A stretch of 64,000 nucleotides of DNA, taken from a virus. Position numbers and translations under genes: made by a program. The DNA lies in the IMG/VR virus record IMGVR_UViG_3300009609_000001, positions 1 through 64,000 of that record. One strand, written 5' to 3'. Below, piece by piece: positions 41,765 to 52,826 of the stretch; the first letter of the stretch is position 1; each line of letters begins with the position of its first letter. The notes under the pieces were generated by a model. That model worked only from the letters and a program-made list of their open reading frames with translations. It did not search any database and was not told the DNA's origin.

Positions 41765-41992
41765 TCTTCACCAACCAACGGAAACTCAGGCGCGCACCAC
41801 CACTAGCAAATACGTCTCCAGTAGCAGGTGTGCAAAACGCTCTTTGTGGTGATTTCAGCGGATCGTCGAAACGTATCCGCCGCGGAGTTCGCCCACCGGG
41901 TAGGGCAGCTTCCGTCCACGCCTGGCACAGCGCTATCCGCGTTACCGCCAACAGAGCGGCTATAATCCGGCGCACGGAAGGCCGGAATCCAC

Positions 41993-42730
41993 TTAGGAAT
42001 TGGCCTCCACCTGCTTGGCTCGACTTCGCTTGTAACAGCGATTGCAAAGCCCTTTCCTGGTAGGTTTAGTTGGGATTCCACATGACGAGCACGGCGCCGC
42101 CGCCTTTGTTGGGCGCGGCGGTGCATCCATCAGCAATGCCATCGACGGGTCCACCCCGGCATAAATCCTCTTTTGCGTGCTGCTATACGACTTCCCGAGT
42201 TCTTTGCACCACGACTTTAGGCTTTGCTCTCGTCCGCCAATAACAATCCTTATCGTTCGGCGAGTGTTGTTTGACTGCTCAGCCGTGGTCGCCCACCTGC
42301 AATTTCCAGGCTCGTAATTGCCGTCGTTATTTACCCTCTCGATTGAGTGTCGTTCTGATGGGCGATTGCCCATGTCAGCAAGGAAGTTGGCAAACGAGTG
42401 CCGCCAGCGGTCGCAAACACTGATGCCGCGGCCGCCGTATCGATCGTATCCCTTGATGTTCTTTTTCTCACATCGCGCAATCATGCCAACCCAGACATGG
42501 TATTCAGGAGACTTAGAACGCCCATGCGTTCTGGTGCGCCCGCCAGAAATTTCGTTTCTTAGGCATCCGCAGCTCTTCTGCTGGCCAGAAACCATGTCCT
42601 CTCCACGAAATTCTCCTACAGTCCCGCAGGAGCAACGACAGATCCACCACGCCTTGCTTTTTCTCGTTTCGGCGTATCGAACTACCGTAAGCCGCCCGAA
42701 TGTTTTTCCAGTGTGATCGATGCGCTTCAT
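41993..42730 (-). CDS. HNH homing endonuclease
   Basis: GKTFGRLTV, CRCSCG, YGGRGI.VC.RW, ERVNNDGNYEPGNCRWAT. Confidence 0.9.
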   Translation of the reverse strand: MKRIDHTGKTFGRLTVVRYAETRKSKAWWICRCSCGTVGEFRGEDMVSGQQKSCGCLRNEISGGRTRTHGRSKSPEYHVWVGMIARCEKKNIKGYDRYGGRGISVCDRWRHSFANFLADMGNRPSERHSIERVNNDGNYEPGNCRWATTAEQSNNTRRTIRIVIGGREQSLKSWCKELGKSYSSTQKRIYAGVDPSMALLMDAPPRPTKAAAPCSSCGIPTKPTRKGLCNRCYKRSRAKQVEANS

Positions 42731-43236
42731 TAGTTGCCTCTTACGGAGTTAAGCAATTGCACCCAGGCATGGACTTCTCCCCACGAAATGGCGCCTTGCT
42801 CCCTGTGCCTCAATTTGTTGATCGTGTTCAAGTCGAATAGCTCGCGATCTTCGATGAACTTTATTGCACACTGCACCACGGCTGGCAGCCAAGACAGAAT
42901 AGAGTCGTGGCACTGCCGACACGTCACCAGAAAGTTTTCCTTACAGCACCACTCGCTAGACTTTGACCTCCTCGCAATCTCGTGAATGTCGAGAGTCCGT
43001 TTCTCGCGGCAGACGTGGCAGCGGTCGAAAGCCGCTCCCCACTCCGCGCGTTCCCTGAGCGCATCGGCGCTGGGATATGTCGGGCGGCGGCGGACAAGGG
43101 CACTTCGTTTCATGTCTTCCAGCACTCGCCGAACTGTTGCGACCACAGCCGGCGGGTTTCCAGGGCGGAGGATGAGGGGTACTTTTTCAAAAGATGTTCT
43201 TTCGCTTCTCGCGGCCCTTTGCGCAAATCTCGACAT
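42730..43236 (-). CDS. HNH-like Zn-finger nuclease
   Basis: CHVC...D.HE...N....CRQCH. Confidence 0.6.
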   Translation of the reverse strand: MSRFAQRAARSERTSFEKVPLILRPGNPPAVVATVRRVLEDMKRSALVRRRPTYPSADALRERAEWGAAFDRCHVCREKRTLDIHEIARRSKSSEWCCKENFLVTCRQCHDSILSWLPAVVQCAIKFIEDRELFDLNTINKLRHREQGAISWGEVHAWVQLLNSVRGN

Positions 43237-45427
43237 ACTCTTCGTTGTTGAGGTATCCTGCCTGGCGACTGGCTTTGACCGCGTTCACCAGCACGTCCAG
43301 AGCATCATTGGTTTCCGCCTTGCCGATATCCGACAACAGCGCTTTGGCCACTTCGCGGAACGGCTGCGGGACTGGCTTGCCTTGCTTCACCAAATCAAAA
43401 GCGTTCTTGACCTCGATAGGCGTCATGTCGCGAGCATCGACGCCCGATCGACATAGCGCCCGAAGTTGATTAGGGGTCGGCCCGGATTTCTTCCAACACT
43501 CCCCTGGAATGCGGTTTGTGTGGGCAACCTCTTCCCGGCTCAGCCCCTCTTCTTTCAACTGGCCGATCATTCGTCCGGCCTGGCGCTTGGTTGGTTCCCA
43601 GCCGGTGAAGTCCATCCCCAGCATGTGCAAGAACTTGATTTGCCCTTCGGTCGCCATCGACGGGTCGCGCTGTTCATAATTCGCGGTCCCTACTTCGTGC
43701 GTGGAATACTTCACATCGGCGTCAAGTTTCGCCCGCCTCTCGGCTTCCTCGATTCTCTTTTGACGCTCCGCCTCTCTCGCCAGCCTCAGCCGTTCTTTCT
43801 CTTCTGCGTCCTCTCGCTTGGCTTGCTCGATAGCCGCCTCTGGATCGTCAACTCCGCCAGTCAAGGCAATCTGTTCTGCGCGGGCGACGATTTCATCCGG
43901 CAAGCCATCGGCATAGATTTGCACCGTTGATGCGCAGTCTGCCAGGCCAGTCACGCCCACCAGATCGATGATCAGGCAGTTGGCCTTTTCACTCTTGGCG
44001 ATCGCCGCCAATCTCTCTTCCGGGGTGTCGAGTCCATTGATGCAGTTGCGCAGCGGCCGGCTGCCGCGCCCCTTCATTTGCTCGGCCAGAGATGAGGCTG
44101 CTTTACTGACGGGCCGGAAGATCGTCACGCAAGCGATATCAGGATCGTTGTAGCCCTCGCGACATAGGCCACATACTGAAAGGAATTGGAACTTGTCGCC
44201 CTTGTGGTCGCGGTAGACAAATCGCCTGGACTGCTCCGGGATCTCCCCGTGCAGGCAATGGGCTTGTATTCCTAATTTCGTGACGTTCTCTTTCTTGAGG
44301 AAGTCGCCGCACTCTTTGCACTTGGCCCCGTCGCCAACCAGAAGGGTTGGATACCATCGCTTGCTCGCGCATGATGGGCATTCAACCTCACTGCGGGCGT
44401 TGATGTAATCCGCGACGTTCTGCGCCATCGCCACCGACGGAGAGAATACCAGCGTCTTGCGGTCGCCAACCATGTCGAGCATCGGCTCGCACAACTTGGC
44501 CAACTGACCCTCGATGGCGCAGGCAACCTCCCTGTCCCACTTGCTTTGATCGGTCCCGCATTCATCTTTCAATCGGCGGAAGTCCAGCGACTCGACTTGT
44601 ACGAATCGCTGGAGATACGGTACGGCATAGCCGGCTTTGACCGCGCGGGTGAAAGGGTAATCGAGAGAGATTCCAGGAAAGAGTTTGTAGCCGATGTTTA
44701 CATTGTCGCGCCGCTTCGGGGTAGCGGTCACACCGGATCGTCTGGATTGCGGATTCTGCTCAAACCATTCAACGATGTGCCCGACCGACTTCATCCCCAT
44801 ACTGAATTTATGCGCCTCGTCGCAGGCCAGCAGCCAGTTGTCCCGCCAGTCGAATTTGTACAGCCGCGAGACCCGCTTCATCTTGTGGTCGCAGCGGTAG
44901 TCTGAATTGTGCTCCGCGATGCCGTCTGCGATTTCTTGTAAATCTCCTTCCGCTTGCAGGGCAGCAATCACGCGCCGGGCCGCGGCCTTGGTCAGCAGCC
45001 CGATTTCATTCAACCCGAACTTGCGAAGCTCTTCCCGCTGTTCTTCCGTGGCGAGTTCGTGCGTCATCAGGCTTTGCCGACTGGCAATCACGATCTGCGG
45101 AATGAAGCCGGGCTTGATTTCCTGAGACGCCATTTCGATCTCAAGCGTGAAGTCCGACCCCAGAACGTCCTCTACTTCCTGCGCGAACTGGCGGACCAAC
45201 TCTTGTTCGTAACTCAGAACCATGCACCGATAATTCGGCCCGCGTTCCAGCCAACGCTTGAACTTCAAGCAGGTCATAATCGTTTTGCCGGCCCCCGTAA
45301 AAGCTCGTGTGAGCGTCCCGATGGTCCCGGAGTCCCATAGGTCAAAGGACTTATTTACGTCCTCGACCTGATAGTCTCGCGGAACGATCCCGCTGGCGAT
45401 GGCTTCCGCGCCGAAGAGTCCCATCAT
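43187..45427 (-). CDS. SF2 DEAD/DEAH helicase with Zn-ribbon insertion
   Basis: PRDYQ, TGAGKT, DEAH, TATP, EGY, QMKGRGSR motifs; CPSC/CKEC insert. Confidence 0.9.
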   Translation of the reverse strand: MMGLFGAEAIASGIVPRDYQVEDVNKSFDLWDSGTIGTLTRAFTGAGKTIMTCLKFKRWLERGPNYRCMVLSYEQELVRQFAQEVEDVLGSDFTLEIEMASQEIKPGFIPQIVIASRQSLMTHELATEEQREELRKFGLNEIGLLTKAAARRVIAALQAEGDLQEIADGIAEHNSDYRCDHKMKRVSRLYKFDWRDNWLLACDEAHKFSMGMKSVGHIVEWFEQNPQSRRSGVTATPKRRDNVNIGYKLFPGISLDYPFTRAVKAGYAVPYLQRFVQVESLDFRRLKDECGTDQSKWDREVACAIEGQLAKLCEPMLDMVGDRKTLVFSPSVAMAQNVADYINARSEVECPSCASKRWYPTLLVGDGAKCKECGDFLKKENVTKLGIQAHCLHGEIPEQSRRFVYRDHKGDKFQFLSVCGLCREGYNDPDIACVTIFRPVSKAASSLAEQMKGRGSRPLRNCINGLDTPEERLAAIAKSEKANCLIIDLVGVTGLADCASTVQIYADGLPDEIVARAEQIALTGGVDDPEAAIEQAKREDAEEKERLRLAREAERQKRIEEAERRAKLDADVKYSTHEVGTANYEQRDPSMATEGQIKFLHMLGMDFTGWEPTKRQAGRMIGQLKEEGLSREEVAHTNRIPGECWKKSGPTPNQLRALCRSGVDARDMTPIEVKNAFDLVKQGKPVPQPFREVAKALLSDIGKAETNDALDVLVNAVKASRQAGYLNNEEYVEICAKGREKRKNIF

Positions 45428-46407
45428 GTCTTTACCCCCGCGACCTGATCGGCCTTGTACTTGGGCAGGTAGCCGAGTTCGCTACAGTACGCGCAGGCAT
45501 CGCCCTTGCTGTTGACCCCATCCTCGCAAGCCGGACAGAGAACCGAACGCGCCGAACGAAGGGTTGCGCAGCCGGCCTTGACCGATGCCAGCGATGAACC
45601 AATCCGGCCGTCCGCGCTGGTCCAGTGCGTATGGGGTACGTTGTCCTCAAAGAACTTCGTCAGAGACCGGCAGAACGACTCGATCAGCTTGTTGTCGGCC
45701 TCCATCTTCGAGACCGTGGAAGGCTCATCCTCCGGTTCGTTTTCTTCGTCCAGGTCCGCTTTGGCGATGGATTCCTTAATGGCCTTGCCGACGCTCTTAG
45801 CGGCTCCGCTTGTGATTTTTTTTGCGGCGGCCTTTCGTTTCTTTGCCGGGAGACTGGCGAGGGCTGCTAGGTCTTTAGCTGTCGCCTTCACTTCTCCAGA
45901 CAAAACCGCGATCTTGATTTCCTCGCCGGCTGCTTCAGCGGCGGCGTCAACTGCTTTCGCGAACGCTGTATTGTTGTGAACTGTCCTTTCCGAAATACCC
46001 TCTTTTTCCGCGATTTTTGCGGCAGTCGAGCATTCTGCAACGGTTGCAGAATGCTTCCCGCCGATTGGCTTTTTCGGTGCTTCGCGGTACTTCTTCCCAA
46101 TCAAGTAACGCCGCTGCTCCTCCGTTACATTCCGCTTGCTCAATTGATGGTCGATGATCCAATTGTGAGCGGACTGCCGATCCTCAAATGTTATCTTCAC
46201 AGGCGCGGGCATTTTCAATTCTGGATGCCGCGCCTTGATGGCATAGCGACGATGCCCGTCCAGAAGCGTGTTGTGGTGATTGGCCCAAACAACGAGCGGT
46301 TCAAAGATTGCGCCGTCGGAGAGAATCTGCGATTCAAGCTCGCCAGAATCTTCGTTTGGTACGGATGGAATGAGGGCCGAGAATTCCGGGTCTATCTTGA
46401 TCTTCAT
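45424..46407 (-). CDS. ParB-like N-terminal domain protein with HTH
   Basis: IDPEF..LIP, LLDGHRR, Q...RN, IA...GISERTV. Confidence 0.75.
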   Translation of the reverse strand: MKIKIDPEFSALIPSVPNEDSGELESQILSDGAIFEPLVVWANHHNTLLDGHRRYAIKARHPELKMPAPVKITFEDRQSAHNWIIDHQLSKRNVTEEQRRYLIGKKYREAPKKPIGGKHSATVAECSTAAKIAEKEGISERTVHNNTAFAKAVDAAAEAAGEEIKIAVLSGEVKATAKDLAALASLPAKKRKAAAKKITSGAAKSVGKAIKESIAKADLDEENEPEDEPSTVSKMEADNKLIESFCRSLTKFFEDNVPHTHWTSADGRIGSSLASVKAGCATLRSARSVLCPACEDGVNSKGDACAYCSELGYLPKYKADQVAGVKT

Positions 46408-48552
46408 CGTCGACCACTCCCTTCGCCACGATCCCTTCGTGTCCGATCCATCGCCCCGGCTACGGCGCCAGGGCTGTCCAAAACGCCTCAAACCTCCCCC
46501 GAATCCACTCCCAGCGCCCCGTAGAACAAATCCGTCGAGATGTGCTCCGGTACTTTCAGGTCCAGTCGAATTGCGCCGCGAATGACCGGGTTCACAATGC
46601 CATCCTCTGCCGCCAACTTGATCGCTTTCTTCTCCGCCGTCGCAAAGCCGCGGGCCTCGATCACGTAGCGAGCGACAATGGGAACGTCCATAATGCGACG
46701 CTCGTTAGTTCGCGAGCCGATCATTACTTCAATGCGTTTGGTCCGTTTCATTTCAATTTCCCCAACCCCACCAGCCGCTTCTCGATCGCCAACAACAGGT
46801 CCATGCCCAGCAGTTCCCAGCCTTGGCAGTAGTCCCAATGGACGCCCCTGACGTTGGCAATCCGTTCCGCCAACTGATGCAGCGGCGTGGCCTCGTGCTC
46901 AGCTTGCGCCAGCTCTTCGGCTTCGCGTTCGGCGGCCTCTTGCTGCTCTTTGGCGAGCCGCGCCGCTTCGGCGTCCGCGAGGTGCTTGTCGATAGTGGCG
47001 GGGTCGGTGCTGACGATGTAGTTATCGAAGCCGACTTGTTTGCCGGTGGCTCGCGTGAACAGATCGGTGCCACCATCCGTATGTTTGGCTAACAAATTGT
47101 TCGACGTACTCCAATGCCGTAGCAATTCGATGACTTCCCACACGTCGCCTTTCGAGTCCAGGAACCGCGTGCCCACGGGCAAGTCGTATTTGGGTGGTTT
47201 GGTGGTCATGTTCAACTTCTCAAAGCGTTGTCGAGCCGCCCAATCAGCGTGAGCTTCGCGGCCACGTATCGCGGATTTGTCGGCGCGTCCTCAAATCCTT
47301 CGGGTAGTTGCTCGACAAGTTGATTGCGCCACAACTGGACAATCTCCCGAAGCTCCCGCAACTTCTCGCGCAGTGCCGCAATCTCGCCCTCGAAGTCCCT
47401 GCCAAGAATCGCGGCTTCAATCTGCGACCAATGCTTGTGCGTTCGCGCGCATTCCTCGGTCAGCCAACCGGGATTGGGCTTGAAAACTTCAACTTGCATT
47501 GATTGTTACTCCCCGTGGATCGCTTCCGACGCCAACTCCGTCGCCTCAATCGCCTCTTTGAGCTGCGTCTCAAGTCGCTCGCGGATGTTCGCTGGGAACG
47601 CATCCGGCAGGGCTTCCAGGACGGTTTGCACGTTGCCAACCGCCATACGGCACTCGCTTAGCGCATGCACGACGCACGCGATCCTCGCCTGTAGGCTCTT
47701 GCTCTCCGGGAACTCGTGTCGCTTTGCCATGTTCGTTACTCCCCCGTGACGCTTGTGGCAGACTCGTTCTTTGCTTCAAAATGCGGGTCCACACCGAACT
47801 CTTCGCACAAGCGACATGCACTGGTGCTGCCCAGTCCGCAAAAGTATGCGACCTTGCCCCACGTCGAGCCGCAGAGAATTGGCGGGTCGTCCCCTGGCTT
47901 CCGGTTTCGATGAACCATTCTGGCGAGCGTCGAGACAACGCATCTGACGATTCGCCGCAGCCGCTCGTTGTCCCTGCGAAGTGAATCGATTTCGGCTTGT
48001 TCGTTTGCGATCATGTTCTCTGCCAGGCAATGGGGTGGGGGTTAAAGCCTCAACTCCGTTCCGTGTTTCTCGCGGCTACTTGCCCTTGCCGCCTTTAACC
48101 TTTTGCAACCAGCAGCCAATTAGGAATCCCACAAATCCACTAACTAGCGCGGCTGCAATCTCAGCTCGAATTAGTTGCTCAAGCGTGTAGTAGTTCATGG
48201 GCTAGCCCTCAAGCGAATAGACGGGCCAGTCCTCTACGCCTACGCCGTATTCGTTGAGCGCGTTTGCAATCTCAGATTCCATGCCTTCCAGGTCGCACCA
48301 GCGCACGTCGCACAGACCGGGGATTTCGACGATGTAATCCGAGTCGGCGTCGTCGGGGTATTCCTTCTTCGCGGTGGCCAAGAGCGCCTCAACGTCCGCC
48401 TTGGTGACGGTAGCTGGTGTGACCGTCTCAATGCGAGTCAAGACGCATACGCTCTTTCCGGCCACTTCGATAACCTGTCGAACCTTCTCGCCGGTGGTGG
48501 CAGTAAACGTCAGTTTCTTGCGTGCCATTGGATAGCTCCCAAGGTGGTGAAC

Positions 48553-48609
48553 GTCAAGGTTCTTTACTATCGACTCTGGTCGCAAGAATGTCAAGGGTCT
48601 TTACTATCG
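48553..48609. repeat. 20-bp direct repeat (1 mismatch), putative operators
   Basis: GTCAAGG(T/G)TCTTTACTATCG at 48553 and 48590. Confidence 0.8.
48566..48594 (-). promoter_or_regulatory. sigma70-type promoter overlapped by the repeats
   Basis: TTGACA-N17-GATAGT. Confidence 0.7.
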
Positions 48610-48613
48610 CAAA

Positions 48614-48880
48614 TCAGGCCGGCGGGAGAATGTGCCGGTAGTCGCTCAAGCCGAACGCCCTGCCCAGCGGCTCAAGCAAATCCTCAGACGGACAACCGCC
48701 GCCGCGCAGCCAGTGCTGGATGGTTGGCTTGCCAATTTCGACGCCTTGCTCGGCAAGCGCCTTGGCAACGTCGGCGGTCTGCCAGCCGCGCGCGTCCATG
48801 AGGGATCGTAGGTGCACGCCGAAGCGCACGGGGAACCGCTTCAAGTCTTTGCGCGTTGGCTGCTTGCGCCGGTTCGGCAT
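48614..48880 (-). CDS. XRE-family HTH regulator
   Basis: FG..LR.LM...G.....VA.......TI..W..G...P; GGAG SD; upstream TTGCAC-N18-GATAAT. Confidence 0.75.
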   Translation of the reverse strand: MPNRRKQPTRKDLKRFPVRFGVHLRSLMDARGWQTADVAKALAEQGVEIGKPTIQHWLRGGGCPSEDLLEPLGRAFGLSDYRHILPPA

Positions 48881-49213
48881 CGTCGCGGTCGCTCCAGGTG
48901 TGCGACGATTATCGCCAGAAATGAGGGGCATGTGCAAATTATCCTTTCTTCGCGGGGTCGAATGGCTCTTCCTTGGCGACGCGCAGGTAATCCGGGAAGC
49001 ATTCCGGCATCGCCTCATGCAACGCATACTGGCCCGGCGCACGATGGCAAGCCAACGTCAGCACCTTGCGGTATGCGGTCGGCGATGTTGGCTGCGTCCA
49101 CCAGCCGATTTGGAATCTGGTCACGATTTCCGCCTGCGCGAGACACCAGCAGCGCCCGGTATTGCTGTTGCCGCCACGGTTGTAGAAATCGTTTACGCAG
49201 CCAACGCAATACC

Positions 49214-49735
49214 TCAGTTTATCGTGTGTTTCCATGTTCTCCTCTTCACTACATGCCCAATAGTCGATCGACCAACTTGATACTCTGCGGCAAGTGCCGC
49301 GCCATTCTCACCAAGCGAAAATCTCATCCGTATTTCGGCGACTTGCGATTCCGTTAACCGCGACTGGCAGTGACGTTCTCCATGAGCTACGCGACCCTTG
49401 CGCATGGCATCGTGGCTATTGTCGAGCTTCGTTCCCTCAAAGATGTGCCGAGGGTTTACGCAGAGACGAACATCGCACGAGTGACAGCCTTCACCGTTTG
49501 GCAATCGCCCGTGCGTCAGAAAAAACGCAATCCGGTGAGCGGTTGTCGGTTTCAAGTTGAAGCTGAACTGTCCATAGCCAGTCTTTTTGAAGACTGCTGC
49601 CTGCCATAACCAGCACGCATCGTCACCGCCAGACGCATCAACCTTGCTCCAGAATCGCGCGGCAATGCGATCAAGTTTGCCACGGCAGTAGGGCAACTTG
49701 GCGTCGTGCGTCGTGTCGATTGCGGCGAGGGGCAT
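49214..49735 (-). CDS. HNH homing endonuclease
   Basis: RFWSKV, CWLW, GYG, AHR, HSCD...CVNP.H...GT..DN. Confidence 0.9.
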   Translation of the reverse strand: MPLAAIDTTHDAKLPYCRGKLDRIAARFWSKVDASGGDDACWLWQAAVFKKTGYGQFSFNLKPTTAHRIAFFLTHGRLPNGEGCHSCDVRLCVNPRHIFEGTKLDNSHDAMRKGRVAHGERHCQSRLTESQVAEIRMRFSLGENGAALAAEYQVGRSTIGHVVKRRTWKHTIN

Positions 49736-49736
49736 A

Positions 49737-50045
49737 TCAAACCTCCGGGGGTTTAAGCACGGTTTTGGCGTATTCCACGATCATCTTCCATGCCTTTTCG
49801 GATAGCGGGCTGGGCGTCGAAATTAGGACCATTTCATCGCCGTCGTGAACGTGCCATTCGATTCGCTCACGCTTTGGCTTGGCGAGCAGCTTTCCGCGCG
49901 CGAAATCGGACACTGCGACTTTTTCCTTTGCGGCTGCTGCGTTCAGTTGGTCCATTTCCTCTTGGGTCAGCCGGCAGGTCAGCACAACCGTTTTGGCGAA
50001 GCCGGGCTTCATCTTCGGGCGTCCGCGTTGGCGCTTCATCAGCAT
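49737..50045 (-). CDS. ribbon-helix-helix DNA-binding protein with RGRP hook
   Basis: RGRPK ... LTCRLTQEE...L..AA......SDFAR. Confidence 0.6.
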   Translation of the reverse strand: MLMKRQRGRPKMKPGFAKTVVLTCRLTQEEMDQLNAAAAKEKVAVSDFARGKLLAKPKRERIEWHVHDGDEMVLISTPSPLSEKAWKMIVEYAKTVLKPPEV

Positions 50046-51110
50046 GTCGGTTCCTTTGGCGGCGCGGGCAGGGGTTGCCATGCGGTCACTTCCCGCAGGC
50101 GGCCATTCACGGACCACCACGATTCTGTCAGCCAGCCGATTGCAATTCCATCAGCCGACGCCACGAGCACTTCGTCGTCGCCGGACGGCATCTGTTCCCC
50201 CACAGCGATCCAGCCCCCGGTTCGCTCGCGGGCTTCCGCCTCTTCCGAAGCATCGCATAGCTCAAGCGCGTGCCTGTACAGCAGAGCGTGCAGGTCTTTG
50301 CGAATCTGAAGCAAATCCGGGAACTCTGCCCCCGGTTCCTTCCATGCGTTGAACTCCGAGTGAAGGCGGCGAATCTCGGCGATTGCTTCGGTAAACGGTC
50401 CCGGCGGCAGGTTAGTCGGCGTCATACCTTCCCCTCGATCTCTTTGTCGCAGTTGCAAAAGTCCGCCTCGTGGTCGAACGGCTCGGTCTCCTTGACCTTG
50501 ACGGCGTACTCGCTCACGTCGGACCAGTCCATGTTGTTGCTAAACCAGTCGGCGAAGTCGTATTCATCAAGGCTGCCAGCGCGCACGGAGCCGACGGTAT
50601 CCTCTCGCTCGTCGGCGTAGTTCGCGTCGCGGTCATCGGCGATGATTTGCAGCGGCACGTCCCACCGCTCGCCATTGGAGAATGAGCATCGCATCATCGC
50701 CGTGGTGGCAAATCGCTTGTAGCCGAGGTCTTTTTGCTGGTAGGTTTTCGCCATGTTGTCTCCTTTCAAATCCCGGCGCTGCGCCGTGTTGCCACGTTCT
50801 GGACGATGGGGACCGTCCAGGGACGCAGCGCCGGGGATGGGTCAATCTGTTGCGTGTGGCAAGCACATTTCCTCATTTGCCAAGTCAATGACGCGATAAA
50901 CGTGCATCGGGTTGAACGCGCCGCCGGATAGTATCTGGTCCGCCCATTGGTGAGCACTCGTCCAACTCGCCTTGTCATCATCGTTGAAATGCGCAGGCCA
51001 GCCGACGCACTGGAAGCCCCACATCATCCCCAGGATGAACGCAGCCTTGTCGCGGTCGGTTGCGTGTTCCGGGTAGGAGCGTTCGCCAATGGCTGGCTTG
51101 CTCATATGGT

Positions 51111-51332
51111 TCATTCCTTCGGCAATTCCGCCGCCAGCTTCACCATCTGTTCTTTGACGGCAAGCACTTTTTCTAATCTCGCAAACACGGTTTCGCTGAC
51201 CTCCAGTGTGGTCCATCTGTGCCGGCACTTTCTTGCGACGCAAATCCGCCTGCGTATCTGTGAGGTATCGTTGCGGTGCGAGCGGCTGTTCTTTACTCGC
51301 GCGCCGGGTTTGCCGCACTTCGGGCACTTCAC
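51111..51332 (-). CDS. NrdR-like Zn-ribbon protein
   Basis: MKCPKC...V.NSR...IRRRR.C...C..RWTT.E; no ATP cone. Confidence 0.75.
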   Translation of the reverse strand: MKCPKCGKPGARVKNSRSHRNDTSQIRRRICVARKCRHRWTTLEVSETVFARLEKVLAVKEQMVKLAAELPKE

Positions 51333-51517
51333 GGTTCACTCATCCTTGGGTAGCGAGTTGATTGCCGCCGCCAGCGCCGACCGCGCCTTACCAGCCGACT
51401 CGATTACGGCATCCGAATCGGATAGCCGGCAAAGATCTGCCAGGATCACGGACGCCTTTTCGAGCGTGCGCACCTCGCTCTTCTCGACGGTCAACTTACG
51501 GCTCTTGGTGTTCAGTC

Positions 51518-51958
51518 TCACGATTCGTCTCCCTTGGTGTTGGCTTGTCCTTCGTCTCCGAACGTATCCGGCGCCGCATCGAGCGCCGGCTCGTCGGCGT
51601 GGCCATTCGTGGATGGCTTCTTCTCTCGCACGCGAACGCACTCCACCATTTCGCCGAACGCCAGGCAGCGAGTCGGATAGAAAGTGACACGCTTGCCGGT
51701 CCACTTGTCGGCCTCGGGACCGTACAGTTGCGCGATGCTATCCGCGTTCGTCTTATTGCACACGAGCTTCTTCGCGGTCTTTTCAAAGCGAATCACCATC
51801 TTCGCTTTCTTGCTGCCGTCGATCATTTGCAGCGATTCCTTGCTGACGGCCGAGATGGTCAGCGTCACGTCCCTGCCCTTGAACTCGACCGCCGCCAAAT
51901 AATCTGACGGAAACGCTAACTCACCGTTCAGAGTGACCTTACTCCTAGCCTTCGCCAT
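51518..51958 (-). CDS. putative ssDNA-binding/annealing partner of the exonuclease
   Basis: FPS.YL.A, NKTN...I...YG.....W.GK motif; adjacent to the RecE-like gene. Confidence 0.5.
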   Translation of the reverse strand: MAKARSKVTLNGELAFPSDYLAAVEFKGRDVTLTISAVSKESLQMIDGSKKAKMVIRFEKTAKKLVCNKTNADSIAQLYGPEADKWTGKRVTFYPTRCLAFGEMVECVRVREKKPSTNGHADEPALDAAPDTFGDEGQANTKGDES

Positions 51959-52826
51959 CGTCGCCCTCACTTTCTTCTGTGAATGCAGCCCCGCCGCCGA
52001 TCGTCACCACGCTATCCCCTGCGTCCGCCAGCCAGCCGGGCATCTCCAGCGTTACCACTTCGTTGCAGCGGCCAGGCCAGATCCCGGTTTCGCAGCAGAC
52101 CTTGTATTGCTCAAGAATCGCGTAGGCTTGCTGCCGGCCGTAGCGAATCAGCGCCGGCGATAGCTCGAACGCCATCACGTCATAGGGTGGTGTGCCCTCG
52201 ACGGCGATGAAGGCGAACCGCTCCCGCTCGAATAGCTCCAAGTAGACAGCGGCTTGCAGGTTGTAGCCGAACGACAGAACCGTATTCGTGAACGTCCGCA
52301 CGTCGGCGCTACGGACCTTTTTCAAATCGATCAAGGGGTCGGTCGTGAGCGCATCGCACCGGCCCTTCATGCGCACGCCGTTGACCAGCCCGACCTTGCT
52401 GATTTCGACGTGATCGATCTTGGCCGTCCACTCGCGCACGAACGGATGCTTGCGCAGCGACCGGATCATGCCGATTAGGTTCGCGTGCTGGGCCACGGTC
52501 AGGATGATTTTCGTATCGTGCTCATCGCAGAAGCCGTCCCACTCCGCGCCGTAGCGCCTTCCCTGCCGCCAGACGGCGATGCGTTCAGCGGCAAGTTCTG
52601 GTTCAAGGAAGCAGGTATGCAGCGCGCTGCCCAGCGTCATATCGTCGGTGGTTTTCTTGACCAACTCGCGGTCCATCGCGGCTTTCAAGTGGGCCATGCT
52701 CGCGCGGCCCTCCTTGAGCACCGACTGCGACGGGATCGGCCAGCGCAGGTAGTCGGCGTGAGGGACGTGATGGTGCAGGCCATCCGCAATCGCCGTCGCC
52801 GGTTCAAGTTCAAGTTGCTGAGTCAT
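51945..52826 (-). CDS. RecE/exonuclease VIII-like PD-(D/E)XK nuclease (DUF3799-like)
   Basis: S.S.LK, GSALH...LEP, KGR.D, DLK, Y.LQAA.Y, C...G.WP. Confidence 0.85.
   Translation of the reverse strand: MTQQLELEPATAIADGLHHHVPHADYLRWPIPSQSVLKEGRASMAHLKAAMDRELVKKTTDDMTLGSALHTCFLEPELAAERIAVWRQGRRYGAEWDGFCDEHDTKIILTVAQHANLIGMIRSLRKHPFVREWTAKIDHVEISKVGLVNGVRMKGRCDALTTDPLIDLKKVRSADVRTFTNTVLSFGYNLQAAVYLELFERERFAFIAVEGTPPYDVMAFELSPALIRYGRQQAYAILEQYKVCCETGIWPGRCNEVVTLEMPGWLADAGDSVVTIGGGAAFTEESEGDDGEG

Noticed and set aside
41803-42003. Possible ATT-initiated ORF after the HNH gene, paralleling csrA
   Set aside because: SD spacing is only 3 nt and the product is unrecognisable.
48553-48609. Possible mini-CRISPR (repeat-spacer-repeat)
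   Set aside because: Only two 20-bp units with a 17-bp gap, overlapping promoter boxes beside an HTH gene; operators fit better.
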